Shown one piece after another: positions 19,858 through 29,923 of a stretch of DNA of 64,000 nucleotides. Under the pieces are notes generated by a model, which was not told the DNA's origin, did no database searches, and worked only from the letters and a program-made list of their open reading frames with translations. The stretch is from Candidatus Multivoradales bacterium (GTDB taxonomy: Bacteria; Acidobacteriota; Thermoanaerobaculia; Multivoradales; Multivoraceae), in contig CBDCWI010000001.1 in the NCBI GenBank assembly GCA_965223325.1, forward strand, positions 1,472,001 to 1,536,000, written 5' to 3'. The position numbers were made by a program, and so were the translations under genes. The stretch's first letter is position 1; the number at the start of each line of letters is the position of its first letter.

Positions 19858-19890
19858 TTGACAAGGCGAACCCATCGGGTGTATATACAC
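19858..19890 (+). promoter_or_regulatory. marR promoter: TTGACA -35 plus palindromic operator GTGTATATACAC
   Basis: Perfect 12-bp palindrome at 19879-19890, 4 nt before the ATG. Confidence 0.75.
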
Positions 19891-19894
19891 GCAC

Positions 19895-20359
19895 ATGCCT
19901 TCTGATACGACTCCTCGACTGCGCGCCCAACAAGCAACCTACGCCAGCGAACACTGTGTTTGCTTTCATTCGCGGCGCGCCAGTCGACTGCTCACTCAGC
20001 TTTACGATGAGGCGTTGCGGCCGTCGGGCCTACGCGCAACCCAGTTCACTCTCCTGCTCGCGATCCGCAAGAACGCCCCGGTCGCAGTGCGCGAGCTCGC
20101 GGACCTCCTGGCGATGGATCGCACGACTCTCAGTAGGAACCTCAAGCCGCTCGACCAAGAGGGCCTGGTCACCAGTAGACCGGGAGAAGACCGCCGTGTG
20201 CGCGAGGTCAGGCTCAGCCCCCTCGGCCATGAGACGCTCAAGGAAGCGTTTCCACTGTGGAAGGCGGCGCAGGCCAAGACCAGGGCAAGCCTTGGCGCAG
20301 ATGGCCTTCTGAGCCTGCTGGATGAGCTCAAGGAGAGCGTCAACCTGCTCCAGGAGTAA
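19895..20359 (+). CDS. MarR-family transcriptional regulator
   Basis: CVCFHSRRASR, GLRATQF, MDRTTLSRNLKPL and DRRVR motifs. Confidence 0.92.
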   Translation: MPSDTTPRLRAQQATYASEHCVCFHSRRASRLLTQLYDEALRPSGLRATQFTLLLAIRKNAPVAVRELADLLAMDRTTLSRNLKPLDQEGLVTSRPGEDRRVREVRLSPLGHETLKEAFPLWKAAQAKTRASLGADGLLSLLDELKESVNLLQE

Positions 20360-20397
20360 GACGATTTCGCTGTGACCTGAAACCTTCGTCACCGAAA

Positions 20398-20410
20398 GGT
20401 GTATATACAC
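20398..20410. promoter_or_regulatory. Second MarR operator copy GGTGTATATACAC
   Basis: Identical to 19878-19890. Confidence 0.7.
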
Positions 20411-20449
20411 TCGAATGTGACGCTTCAGACAAAGAGAGGAACCAAGCAG

Positions 20450-21331
20450 ATGCAACACCCAGCCACCATCCTGGTCACCGGAGCGTCATCCGGAATCGGC
20501 CGCGCCACCGCCGTTCGACTCGCCAACGCAGGCCACCGCGTTTTCGGTACCAGCAGACAACCCGACAGCCCCAAAGCAGGGGTCCAAGAAGAAGAGGCCG
20601 GCGCTCTCGACAAGGTCGAGATGCTCAGGCTCGACGTACACTCGCTCGACTCGGTCGCCCAGCTGGCGGCCGAACTGCGCCGCCGCAGCGACCGCCTCGA
20701 TGCAGTGATCAACAATGCTGGCGTTGGCCTCTTCGGCGCCCTCGAGGAGGCGTCCACCGAAGATGCGCGACGGGTTTTCGAAACCAACTACTTCGGCACC
20801 GTGCGCGTCATCGACACTCTCCTGCCCCGGCTTCGCCATCAGCGTGAGGGTCACATCATCAACGTCGGGAGCGCGCTCGGCACTGTTGCCGCACCGTTCT
20901 TGGGCCACTACTCCGCCAGCAAGGCAGCGCTTGCTCGCTACTCAGAGGCCTTGCGCCAAGAGATCGCACCGCTCGGCATTGCCGTGAGTCTGGTCGAACC
21001 GGGCTTCGTGCGCACCTCCTTCCAGGCCGCCGCCAGGAGACCACGGACCGTTCTCTCGGCCTACTCACCATGGCGCGGTCAGGCGCTCGAAGCCGCGTTC
21101 CAACATGGCCACAGGGCGCCCGGACCTGAACACGTCGCCGCAACCATTGAGCGCGCCCTCCGGAGCCGGCGGCCACGCTTTCTCTATCGCGCCGGTCAAG
21201 GCTCGCACGCGCTGGGAGCCCTTTCCCGCTTCGCCCCCGGGCGGCTCGCCGAGATTGTGGTTCGCAAACTCTTTCAGCTCGACGCGGCTTCATCGGTTGC
21301 TCAGCCGGCATCGGAGCGGCAACAGGTCTAG
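20450..21331 (+). CDS. Short-chain dehydrogenase/reductase
   Basis: TGASSGIG, NNAG and YSASK; GAGAGGA SD before ATG 20450. Confidence 0.92.
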   Translation: MQHPATILVTGASSGIGRATAVRLANAGHRVFGTSRQPDSPKAGVQEEEAGALDKVEMLRLDVHSLDSVAQLAAELRRRSDRLDAVINNAGVGLFGALEEASTEDARRVFETNYFGTVRVIDTLLPRLRHQREGHIINVGSALGTVAAPFLGHYSASKAALARYSEALRQEIAPLGIAVSLVEPGFVRTSFQAAARRPRTVLSAYSPWRGQALEAAFQHGHRAPGPEHVAATIERALRSRRPRFLYRAGQGSHALGALSRFAPGRLAEIVVRKLFQLDAASSVAQPASERQQV

Positions 21332-21337
21332 CAAATA

Positions 21338-21350
21338 GGTGTATCTACAT
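21338..21350. promoter_or_regulatory. Third, degenerate MarR operator GGTGTATCTACAT
   Basis: 11/13 match to the other two copies. Confidence 0.6.
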
Positions 21351-21399
21351 TCAACTCGCCACCCCCTAAACAACACACGCCCCCTAAGGAGGTACCTCA

Positions 21400-22167
21400 A
21401 TGAAACCCATTCGCAAACCGCAACGTGGACTCGCGCCGGCCATTCTGTTGGTCATCCTACTCGCCGTTCTCCTACCGCAGCTTTCGAAAGGACAGCTCCC
21501 CGAGCCGGCCTTCGAGCTCGACCTCGAGCGCACCGCCATCGTGATTACCGACCCCCAAAACGACTTCCTCAGCCCTGAGGGAGTGACCTGGGGTGTGGTC
21601 GGCAAGAGCGTGACCGAGAATAGAACCGTCCAGAACATCGAGACGCTTTTCAGGCAGGCGCAGAAGGCAGAGCTGCCGGTTTTCGTCTCGCCGCACTACT
21701 ACTACCCGACCGACAAGGGCTGGCAGTTCGAAGGCGCGCTCGAGACCCTGATGCACGGGATCGGTATGTTCGACCGTCATTCGCCCCTCAGTCTGGAAGG
21801 CTTCGAAGACTCGGGAGCCGACTGGCTGGCGCGCTACAAGCCCTTCATTGAACACTCCGGAACCGTCGTGACCTCCCCCCACAAGGTCTACGGCCCGGAA
21901 ACCAACGACCTGGTGCTGCAGTTGCGCAAGCGCGGCATCGACAAGGTCCTCCTGGCCGGCATGTCGGCCAACCTCTGCGTCGAAGCGCACCTCCGCGAGC
22001 TTCTCGAGCAGGGCTTCGAGGTCGTTGTCGTGCGCGACGCGACGGCCGCGGCGAAGGTCAAGGAGGGCGACGGCTACGAAGCCGCGCTGGTCAACTTCCG
22101 CTACCTCGCCAACGGCGTCTGGACGACCAGCGAAACAGTTGCACGACTGGAGAAGGCAACGTCGTAA
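21400..22167 (+). CDS. Secreted cysteine hydrolase (isochorismatase family)
   Basis: Signal peptide; TDPQNDFL, HKVYGP and GMSANLCVE motifs. Confidence 0.9.
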   Translation: MKPIRKPQRGLAPAILLVILLAVLLPQLSKGQLPEPAFELDLERTAIVITDPQNDFLSPEGVTWGVVGKSVTENRTVQNIETLFRQAQKAELPVFVSPHYYYPTDKGWQFEGALETLMHGIGMFDRHSPLSLEGFEDSGADWLARYKPFIEHSGTVVTSPHKVYGPETNDLVLQLRKRGIDKVLLAGMSANLCVEAHLRELLEQGFEVVVVRDATAAAKVKEGDGYEAALVNFRYLANGVWTTSETVARLEKATS

Positions 22168-22182
22168 CGGCAAACGAGTCGT

Positions 22183-22347
22183 CTAGTACCCCGTACCATT
22201 GAAACGGATAGTGGCTGAGCGGATGATCGTGCTCGAGATCAAGGCGTCACGACGCAGGCATATTGGTGATCTGTCGAGGAGTGACAACACAGAGATCGAG
22301 CGCGAGGACCGCGCAGACGCTGTGCGTTTCAATGGTACGGGTACTAG
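22183..22347. mobile_element. 165-bp MITE-like element with 23/24-bp terminal inverted repeats bounded by CTAG
   Basis: CTAGTACCCCGTACCATTGAAACG ... CGTTTCAATGGTACGGGTACTAG (one-base indel); no convincing coding content. Confidence 0.7.
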
Positions 22348-22384
22348 TCCCCGCTCTCCCACGCTCGCCCGCACTTCATACGGT

Positions 22385-22414
22385 AAGAAAGTCTACAACT
22401 TTGTATACTTTCTT
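22385..22414. promoter_or_regulatory. Inverted-repeat operator overlapping the -10 (TATACT) of the abiE-like operon
   Basis: AAGAAAGTCTACAA-ct-TTGTATACTTTCTT, 13/14 symmetric; AbiEi proteins autorepress via inverted repeats. Confidence 0.72.
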
Positions 22415-22419
22415 GCGTT

Positions 22420-23019
22420 ATGAAATCTCTCACCGATGCACGACTGGTGACATCGATTTCTGTTGATCAGCGCGGGGTTTTCTCCACCGACGACCTACGG
22501 ACTGTACTGGCTGATCGGCACCGACCGTCTTTCGCTCGTCGGGTCGACCGCTTGCTCGACGCGGGGGTGCTGCGGCGATTCGCCCGAGGCTGGTACATCG
22601 CGGAGGAGTTCGACCTTCCTACCCTTTCGCAGCGCCTGGCACCGTCTTCGTGCATCAGTTTCGGCAACGTCCTCGCCGACCACCTGTTGATCGGCACAAG
22701 GCCGGAGCGGCAGGTCATGGCAGTGCGCGCTGGGCGCGGTCGCACCTACAAAGCCAAGGGATTCGAGATCGTGCACCTCGGCCTGGCCGAGAGCCTCTTC
22801 TTCGCAATCGAGGTCCGAGATGGCGTTCGATATGCCGAACCGGAAAAGGCAGTGGTCGACACGTTCTACTACCACCTCCGAGGCCAACGTTACGTCTTCG
22901 ACCCCTTTTCGGACATCGACGTTTCACGGCTCGATCGCAGGCGCCTCGAGCGGTACCTGGGGCGATACCGCAACCCGAAGTTCAGAAGCTTCGTTCGCAA
23001 CTGGTTGGAGGGGGTATGA
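22420..23019 (+). CDS. Type IV TA antitoxin, AbiEi-like
   Basis: wHTH N-terminus (GVLRRFARGWY), SCISFGNVL and AEPEKAVVD; ATGA overlap with the toxin gene. Confidence 0.8.
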   Translation: MKSLTDARLVTSISVDQRGVFSTDDLRTVLADRHRPSFARRVDRLLDAGVLRRFARGWYIAEEFDLPTLSQRLAPSSCISFGNVLADHLLIGTRPERQVMAVRAGRGRTYKAKGFEIVHLGLAESLFFAIEVRDGVRYAEPEKAVVDTFYYHLRGQRYVFDPFSDIDVSRLDRRRLERYLGRYRNPKFRSFVRNWLEGV

Positions 23020-23780
23020 AGCAGCCAACCCGGCCGGCCACTGCTGACGGCCTCTTCCTGTGGGTGATGCATCGCTTCGCAGAAGAGTTTGATCACCAGG
23101 CAATGCTGAAAGGTGGCATGGCGCTGCGGCTTCTCGAAAGCCCTCGCTCGACGACTGACATTGAATACGTTTTCGTACCCCGCGACTCGAAACGTGAGGT
23201 CGGAACGCTCGTCGAGAGGGTTCTCGCCGGGCTTGACGAAGCACGAGTTGAAGTGGCGGTGCACTCAAAGATGGTTCGTGCCACCGTTCATCTCGACGAA
23301 GCCGCAATCCAGGTCGAGGCGACCGTGGCACCCGAGTGTCCCTCTCTTCCCATGGCAACGGGAGAGTTCGCGCGTTCACTCGGGCACCCCTCTCAGGTCG
23401 TACCGGTGATGCACTTTGACCTCGCCCTGGCCGACAAGCTGGCGGCCTGGAACGAGCGACGCCTCCTGCGAGACCTCTATGACGTCTATTTCCTGGCGGC
23501 GCGGCTCGGAGCGCACCCCGATCTCGACCGGCTGGATCGACGCCTTGGGAAGGTCGAGTCGCGCATTCCCGAGTTGCGCCAGCGCAAACGTATGTCGCGC
23601 GCCGACCTGGCTGCCGAACTCCACGCCACCCTCTTGCGACTCGACGACGAGCGGGTAGCAAGAGGACTCGGGCCACTTCTCCCGCCGGCAGACATGGCCG
23701 GACTCGCGGTTCGAATCCGTGCGGCGGTGAGTGGTGTGGCCGAGGTCCTCGCCGCTGGTGACAGCACCAAGACGTCTTGA
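23016..23780 (+). CDS. Nucleotidyltransferase toxin, AbiEii/AbiGii family
   Basis: LKGGMAL...RSTTDIE, ADKLAA and RDLYDVYFL motifs. Confidence 0.85.
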   Translation: MKQPTRPATADGLFLWVMHRFAEEFDHQAMLKGGMALRLLESPRSTTDIEYVFVPRDSKREVGTLVERVLAGLDEARVEVAVHSKMVRATVHLDEAAIQVEATVAPECPSLPMATGEFARSLGHPSQVVPVMHFDLALADKLAAWNERRLLRDLYDVYFLAARLGAHPDLDRLDRRLGKVESRIPELRQRKRMSRADLAAELHATLLRLDDERVARGLGPLLPPADMAGLAVRIRAAVSGVAEVLAAGDSTKTS

Positions 23781-23843
23781 CGGGACCCGAATCGGTCACC
23801 TCCTGACCCCGTACACTTCGCACCCACCTTCCCAGGAGTCGCC

Positions 23844-24701
23844 ATGTTGCAGTCCGAGGTTGCACCTCTCCGGCGCGTGTTGATGAAACACGCCCGCGAT
23901 GCGTTCGTTGGTTCCGACCGGGTCGCCGAACAATGGGAGCCGCTTGGCTACCCGGCGCCGCCCGACTACGAGGCAGCGTGCCGCGAGTCAGACGCGCTGG
24001 CGGAGTTATTCGAGAGTCTCGGCACAGAGATCACCTGGATGCCTGCGGCAGACCGTGGGCTCGACTCGATCTATGTTCGCGACGCTTCGATCACAAGTGA
24101 CGCCGGCGCCATTCTCTGCCGCATGGGAAAGGGAGCACGCGCCGCGGAACCGGCGGCGGCCGAGGAACAGTTCGCCGCGCTCGACGTAGAGGTCCTCGGC
24201 GCGATCGAAGAACCGGGCACCCTCGAGGGCGGCGACGTCGCCTGGCTCGATCCGCAGACCCTGGCCGTTGGACTCGGCTACCGAACGAACATCTCCGGCA
24301 TCGAGCAACTCAGCGCTCTCCTCGCGCCCGACGTGGAAGTGATCACGGTTTCCCTGCCCCACTGGAAGGGCGCCGAAGACGTCTTTCACCTGATGTCGAT
24401 GCTGAGTCCGCTGGCGGATGACCTTCTACTGGTCTACTCCCCACTGCTGCCGGTTCCCTTTCGTTCCGACCTCCTGGACGCCGGCTTCGAGCTGGTCGAG
24501 GTGCCCAACGAAGAGTTCGAAATGGGCTGCAACGTTCTGGCGACAGCGCCGCGCGTGGCGGTGGCGCTCGAGGGCTTTCCCGAAACCAGGCGGCGTATGG
24601 AGGATGCGGGCGTCGAGGTCCACACCTACGGGGGCAAGAACATCAGCGCTCTCGGGGCGGGCGGGCCGACATGCTTGACGAGACCGCTCGAGCGCGGTTG
24701 A
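23844..24701 (+). CDS. Amidinotransferase / dimethylarginine dimethylaminohydrolase family protein
   Basis: YVRD, LEGGD, FHLM and GGPTCLT motifs. Confidence 0.9.
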   Translation: MLQSEVAPLRRVLMKHARDAFVGSDRVAEQWEPLGYPAPPDYEAACRESDALAELFESLGTEITWMPAADRGLDSIYVRDASITSDAGAILCRMGKGARAAEPAAAEEQFAALDVEVLGAIEEPGTLEGGDVAWLDPQTLAVGLGYRTNISGIEQLSALLAPDVEVITVSLPHWKGAEDVFHLMSMLSPLADDLLLVYSPLLPVPFRSDLLDAGFELVEVPNEEFEMGCNVLATAPRVAVALEGFPETRRRMEDAGVEVHTYGGKNISALGAGGPTCLTRPLERG

Positions 24702-27233
24702 TCAGTCGTCGGGAAACTGGCGCGCCGAGATCAGGTTGACGAACAACCGGTAGGCCCCAGGAACGCCGGCCGGCAATTCGCGGAAGAACGAGTAGCCGGT
24801 GTAGATGTAGATACCCTTCCCGTGTTCCGCTACCAGAAGACCGCCGGTGCGATCAGGCTCACCCGGGTCGTGCGATGCGAGCAACGGTTGGTAGCGCTCG
24901 TCCCACTCGTCGGGGAAGTAGAGACCGCGCTCCTGAACCCAGCCCTCGAAGTCGTCCTGGGTGATGCGGTTGGGTGAGGAGAGGACGGGATGGTCGGGAT
25001 CGAGAAGCTCGACCGGCGCGTCTTCGACCGACACGCGATCGCGCGACACACGGAACGGAAAGGGGCCGATGCCGCTGGGGCCTCCACCCCTACGCGATGC
25101 GGTGTTGTACTGCACCACCAGGGTGCCACCGGCCTTGACGTAGTCGAGCAGGCGCTGGTTGTACTGACGCGTCGCGGGGCGCGCGTTGTAGGCCCGGACC
25201 CCGACCGCGATCGCGTCGTAGATGCCCAGGTCGCCAGACGCGAGATCGTCGTCGCTTAAGAGCGTGACCTCGTAGCCCACCTGCCGCAACGCATCTGGCA
25301 CTTCGTCTCCCGCTCCCATCACATAGCCAATGCGCTGGCCGCGCCGGGCCAGCTGCATGCGTACGAGGCGCGCATCAGCCAGCGGCAGGAGAGTCTGTAC
25401 AGGAATGTGACGGTGCTCGATGCGCAGCACCTCGGCGCTGTAGCCTCGGCCACTTCCTTCGGCGAGCGCGGCCACCGCTGTCATCTCGCCTATCGAGGAG
25501 CCCTCTGGCGGCTCGACCTGGAATTCGAGGCGCGCTTCGGTGCCGGGCTCGAGGGCGAACGGTGCGCTCTCGGGCGTCACCATCCAGCCGCTTGGAACCT
25601 GCAGGCGAACGTCGCCACGCGCGGCTTCGCCGATCGTTCCAACCACCACCGACACGCTCCGCGGCTGCCCGTCGCCAAAGACCAACACCGCGTCCTCGAT
25701 GCGCACCGAAACCGGCGGCACGACATCAAACGTTCGATAGAGCTCGCCCTCGACTCGGTCGCTCCAGCGATAGAGCAACGGAACATCGAAGCTGAGCGGC
25801 CTTTTGGCCACCAACAGATCGAAGCGCGCCACATTCGACAACCATTCCGGCCAACCAATCTGTTGCGGATCAGAGACCGCAAAGCGACCGAAGGTGCCCG
25901 GCTCGCGCAGCCAGTACGGTTCAGTTGTCAGAGCGCCCGCAGGCACCCGCACTTCGGTCTCCGAGACCCACGGTTCGTTAAAGGCCAGCGTCTCCCCTAC
26001 TTCGACCGTCTCGGCAAAAGGCAACTCGACCCCTAGAACCTCGACCTCGACGGGCGACCGGTTGACTGCCGTAGCCGTCAAAGTCACCGAACCACCCGCG
26101 GACGCGCTCGCACGATCCGTCGTCACCTCGAGCCAGAGACCCATCGCGCCCCGGATCACCTCGCGAAGCGCTCCTTGCTTGAACTCCAGCCACGCAGATT
26201 TGGTGCCCGAGCGGGCACGCAGCGCGGTCAGGCGTTCGTCTGCCTCGAGCAGCAGGGGGACGATCCCCGAAGGTTCGTTGGGGTCGAACTCATCGAGAGC
26301 CTGCTCGATCACCGTCCCGATGTCTTCTCCACCTCCAATTCGCGCCCACGAGGTGTCGACGCCCTCGAAGAGATCGTCTTTGGACTCATCACCCAGACGA
26401 TGTTCGAGGGTGCTCACCGTGGTGCCACGGCGCCCCTCACTGCCGAACCCCTGGCTCTTATGCATGCTGCGACTCGTGGCTGCAATCTCGGTGAAGGACC
26501 GACCAAGCACCGGGCTGTAGCTGCCCAGGTCGACCGTGATGCCATCGCTGGCCTGTGACCCACCGAAGAAGCGTGACTGATCCCAGAGCAAGCGCTTCGC
26601 CTGCCAGGGCGCCAGCTTTTCGGGCCCTTCGAAGTGCTCGACGAAGCGCGCTGGATCGGCCGCGGCCTCGAACGCTTCGGCCGCTAGCACCGCCGAGGCT
26701 GTGTGTTGCCCATGCCGACCCCGGCCATCGCCCGGGAAGCGCATGATGATCACATCAGGCTGGAAACGGCGTACCACGCGCACGACATCGCCCAGTACGG
26801 CCTCGTGACCCCAGACCTCGAGCGTCTCGTCGACCGACTTGGTGTAGCCGAAGTCGATGGCGCGGGTGAACCACTGCTCTGCGCCGTCGCGATGGCGCGC
26901 CTCGAGCAACTCTTGGGTGCGGATGACCCCCAACTGCTCGGCGAGCTCGGTTCCGATCAGGTTCTGCCCACCGTCGCCACGGGTGATCGAGAGGTACGCC
27001 GCGCGCACCAGCATGCCCTGCGCCAGGTAGGCAAGGAGCGCCGTGTTCTCGTCGTCGGGATGGGCGGCGACGTAGAGCACGCTGCCGAGCATGGTGAGTT
27101 TTTCGAGCTCGAGACGAAGCTCTGCAGCATCAGGGTTGGAAGGCGCAACGACCGCCATCGCCGACGAAGCGAGGAGGGATATTGCGAAGAAAATCGCCAC
27201 CCACAAGCAGTGGAGGGATACCCGGTGGTTCAT
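24702..27233 (-). CDS. Secreted PIG-L/LmbE-family deacetylase, multidomain
   Basis: Signal peptide; AAHPDDE, TRGDGGQNLIG and HGQH; C-terminal GWVQERGLY domain. Confidence 0.9.
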   Translation of the reverse strand: MNHRVSLHCLWVAIFFAISLLASSAMAVVAPSNPDAAELRLELEKLTMLGSVLYVAAHPDDENTALLAYLAQGMLVRAAYLSITRGDGGQNLIGTELAEQLGVIRTQELLEARHRDGAEQWFTRAIDFGYTKSVDETLEVWGHEAVLGDVVRVVRRFQPDVIIMRFPGDGRGRHGQHTASAVLAAEAFEAAADPARFVEHFEGPEKLAPWQAKRLLWDQSRFFGGSQASDGITVDLGSYSPVLGRSFTEIAATSRSMHKSQGFGSEGRRGTTVSTLEHRLGDESKDDLFEGVDTSWARIGGGEDIGTVIEQALDEFDPNEPSGIVPLLLEADERLTALRARSGTKSAWLEFKQGALREVIRGAMGLWLEVTTDRASASAGGSVTLTATAVNRSPVEVEVLGVELPFAETVEVGETLAFNEPWVSETEVRVPAGALTTEPYWLREPGTFGRFAVSDPQQIGWPEWLSNVARFDLLVAKRPLSFDVPLLYRWSDRVEGELYRTFDVVPPVSVRIEDAVLVFGDGQPRSVSVVVGTIGEAARGDVRLQVPSGWMVTPESAPFALEPGTEARLEFQVEPPEGSSIGEMTAVAALAEGSGRGYSAEVLRIEHRHIPVQTLLPLADARLVRMQLARRGQRIGYVMGAGDEVPDALRQVGYEVTLLSDDDLASGDLGIYDAIAVGVRAYNARPATRQYNQRLLDYVKAGGTLVVQYNTASRRGGGPSGIGPFPFRVSRDRVSVEDAPVELLDPDHPVLSSPNRITQDDFEGWVQERGLYFPDEWDERYQPLLASHDPGEPDRTGGLLVAEHGKGIYIYTGYSFFRELPAGVPGAYRLFVNLISARQFPDD

Positions 27234-27373
27234 CAGTCGTCTCTCTCGAACGTTTCGCCGAGCCGGTCGTCGGCTCGAACCGGCGACAAGAGTACGCGAT
27301 CCTGGGGCGCCTGGATCTTGGATAGTGACCGCACCCCTGCAGGGATGCGGCCACCCGTTGCTCACGCCCGCCG

Positions 27374-27937
27374 TCAGGCAGCTTCGGTCCAGGGCGGCAG
27401 GAACCCGGCGAACTGCTCGTTGACCTCGACCTGGGCGATATGGTTCGCATAGTTCGTCAAGGTCTTGACCGCAACACCGAGGATCACCTCGAGGACGTCA
27501 CCTTCGTCGAACCCGGCGGCGGCGAAGCGTTCGAGCTCCCCCGCAGCAGGCCGGCCCCGCGTCTGGGCAATGGAGGTTGCAAACTGTCGGAGGGCCTCGA
27601 GGCGCGCGTCAGACAGTGAGCCACCGTTTTGCAGTCGGTCGATCTGCTCGCGCTCGAGCCCCAGACCACTTGCCACCATGCTGTGAGCCGCTGTGCAGTA
27701 CTCGCAACGGTTGTAGACCGAAACCGCGAGCAGGACGACCTGTCGTTCGATCGGGTTGAGTTTCAGATTTGGCCCGTCGTACGAGCCGAGTAGAGCGAGC
27801 AAGCCCTCGAGGGCACCTGGCGAGGTGGCAAAGACTCCGGCCAGGTTGGGAACGAAGCCGTACTTTTCGGCAATCGCTCCAAGCGCATCGCTAGAGGCTG
27901 CCGGGGCGCTTTCGACGGTGTGCGTTTCGAATCTCAT
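27374..27937 (-). CDS. Carboxymuconolactone decarboxylase/AhpD-like peroxidase
   Basis: GFVPNL, NRCEYCTAAH and KTLTNYANH motifs. Confidence 0.9.
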   Translation of the reverse strand: MRFETHTVESAPAASSDALGAIAEKYGFVPNLAGVFATSPGALEGLLALLGSYDGPNLKLNPIERQVVLLAVSVYNRCEYCTAAHSMVASGLGLEREQIDRLQNGGSLSDARLEALRQFATSIAQTRGRPAAGELERFAAAGFDEGDVLEVILGVAVKTLTNYANHIAQVEVNEQFAGFLPPWTEAA

Positions 27938-27964
27938 GGGTTCTCTTCCTTTCGCTTTCGCTGA

Positions 27965-28022
27965 TATTGGACGATAGTGTCCAGAAGTCGACTATAGGCA
28001 ATTCTGGACACATGTGTCAATA
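27965..28022. promoter_or_regulatory. Paired TetR-type operators between divergent ahpD-like and tetR genes
   Basis: TATTGGACGATAGTGTCCAGAA and TTCTGGACACATGTGTCAATA are near inverted copies, each pseudo-palindromic. Confidence 0.62.
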
Positions 28023-28062
28023 TTGGTGTTCGAAGAACCTGGGAGCAAGACTGGAACAAGCA

Positions 28063-28722
28063 ATGTCTCGAGCTGGCAACAAGGAAGCGGAGCGACCCGA
28101 AGCCCCCGGGCCTGGGCGACCCGCCACCTTCGATCGTGAGGAGGCGGTCGAGAAGGCGATGCATCTTTTGTGGCTGAAGGGGCTGCCGGCGGTCTCGGCG
28201 AGCGAGCTGGCCGATGCCATGGCGATTCAGCGATCGAGCTTCTACAACAGCTTCAAGAGTCGTCAGGCCGTCTTTCGTGAGGCTCTCGACCGTTTCGCGC
28301 GTGAGGCGCCTGACGCTCCACTCGATGATCTGGCACCGGGCGATCGAGCGACCGAGGTCCTGGTGCGCGTCTTTCGGAAGGTAGTTGCCGTACGCGCCGC
28401 CGATCCACTCGGGCGAGGCTGTCTGGTTTGCAGCAGCGTCAACGCCCTGGTTGGGGTAGACGACGAGCTTGGCAGCCTGCTCGCAGAGGCCATTCAGAAG
28501 CGAATCGCCTCGCTCGAGAGGCTGCTGCGACAGGCGGTTTCCCAGGAGGCCCTCCCCCAATCCACCGATCCGAAGACCCGTGCAGTCGAGATCGTCGCCT
28601 TCCTCATGGGACTCAACAGCCTATCCAAGGTCGTTCGCGACGAAGAGACGCTGTGGCGGTCGTGCCGCGGCTTCCTGGCGGGCCTCGGAATCGACGACAA
28701 CACCCTGCAACTCGGCGACTGA
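28063..28722 (+). CDS. TetR/AcrR-family regulator
   Basis: GRPATFDREEAV, SFYNSFKS and GCLV motifs. Confidence 0.9.
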   Translation: MSRAGNKEAERPEAPGPGRPATFDREEAVEKAMHLLWLKGLPAVSASELADAMAIQRSSFYNSFKSRQAVFREALDRFAREAPDAPLDDLAPGDRATEVLVRVFRKVVAVRAADPLGRGCLVCSSVNALVGVDDELGSLLAEAIQKRIASLERLLRQAVSQEALPQSTDPKTRAVEIVAFLMGLNSLSKVVRDEETLWRSCRGFLAGLGIDDNTLQLGD

Positions 28723-28896
28723 GACACAGACAGCGGGCGGCCCCACCAGATGGGGGTCCTGGCGCCGTCGACCCATGGCCCAGGTGGTGTTGGTGTTCGA
28801 AGCCGGCACCGTATCGCGGGCTATGAAGCGGCCATCTGAGATCAGGTCGGTCGACGCGAATGGACGGGCCGGGCGGACCGTAGGTGACATGATGGC

Positions 28897-28924
28897 GATA
28901 TCAATATGATATCATTTCGATATC
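28897..28924. promoter_or_regulatory. Three GATATC boxes at 11-bp spacing upstream of the SPFH-Arc operon
   Basis: GATATC at 28897, 28908 and 28919. Confidence 0.65.
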
Positions 28925-28952
28925 ATAGCCGCCAGAGAATAGGAGACAAGCC

Positions 28953-29900
28953 ATGACGGAAGAAAAGGTCTACAAGCCCATCAAAGGCTGGATCCCGCTT
29001 GCCATCTGCATCGCGCTCATCATCGGGCCGGTCGCATACCTGATTCCCGCTGGCATCCAGGGCGAAGTCAGCCTGCGAGTACTGTTCCTCGTCTGCATTC
29101 CTTGCCTCTTGCTCGCGCTCCTCGGCTTCTTCGGCTTCATGGCGATTCAGCCCAATCAGGCGCGCGTGCTGCTCTTGTTCGGCAACTACCGTGGCTCGGC
29201 GCGCGACTCGGGCTTCTACTGGGTCAACCCCTTTTTCTCGAAGAAGAAAGTTTCGCTGCGCATCCGCAACTTCGAAACCGGCTCGTCTGAAACGGCCGAA
29301 GTCAAAGACTCCGCCGGCAAGGTCCTCAAGGCCAAGGGGCGCACCGCCAGCCGGCCATCGAAGGTCAACGATCGCGACGGCAATCCCGTCGACATCTCGG
29401 CGGTCGTCGTGTGGCGGGTGGTCAACACTGCCGAAGCGATGTTCGAGGTCGACGACTACGAGCACTTCGTCTCGGTGCAGTCGGAAGCGGCGCTGCGCAA
29501 CCTGGCGAGCCGTCACCCCTACGACAGTGAAGACCACGAGGTCTCGCTGCGTGGCAGCACCACCGAGATCGGCGATCAGCTGCGCAGCGACATTCAGGAC
29601 CGGCTCGACAAGGCGGGCGTCGAAGTGATCGAGGCACGCATCAGCCACCTGGCGTATGCCGCTGAAATCGCCGCCGCAATGCTCCAGCGCCAGCAGGCTC
29701 ACGCGGTCGTCGCTGCGCGCACCAAGATCGTCGAAGGCGCGGTGGGCATGGTGCAGATGGCACTCGACCAATTGAAGGAAGAAGACATCGTCGAGCTCGA
29801 CGACGAACGCCGCGCAGCAATGGTGTCGAACCTCCTGGTCGTCCTGTGCAGCGACCGCCACACCCAACCGGTGGTCAACACCGGCACTCTCTACCAATAG
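28953..29900 (+). CDS. SPFH/band 7 domain membrane protein
   Basis: Two TMs; [24 protein letters not shown] and VVNTGTLY motifs. Confidence 0.92.
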   Translation: MTEEKVYKPIKGWIPLAICIALIIGPVAYLIPAGIQGEVSLRVLFLVCIPCLLLALLGFFGFMAIQPNQARVLLLFGNYRGSARDSGFYWVNPFFSKKKVSLRIRNFETGSSETAEVKDSAGKVLKAKGRTASRPSKVNDRDGNPVDISAVVVWRVVNTAEAMFEVDDYEHFVSVQSEAALRNLASRHPYDSEDHEVSLRGSTTEIGDQLRSDIQDRLDKAGVEVIEARISHLAYAAEIAAAMLQRQQAHAVVAARTKIVEGAVGMVQMALDQLKEEDIVELDDERRAAMVSNLLVVLCSDRHTQPVVNTGTLYQ

Positions 29901-29923
29901 GCATCGCCTGAGGGGCCTCTCCC

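Noticed and set aside
22650-23015. Long N-terminal extension of the AbiEii ORF
   Set aside because: It overlaps the antitoxin gene; the ATGA-coupled start at 23016 is preferred
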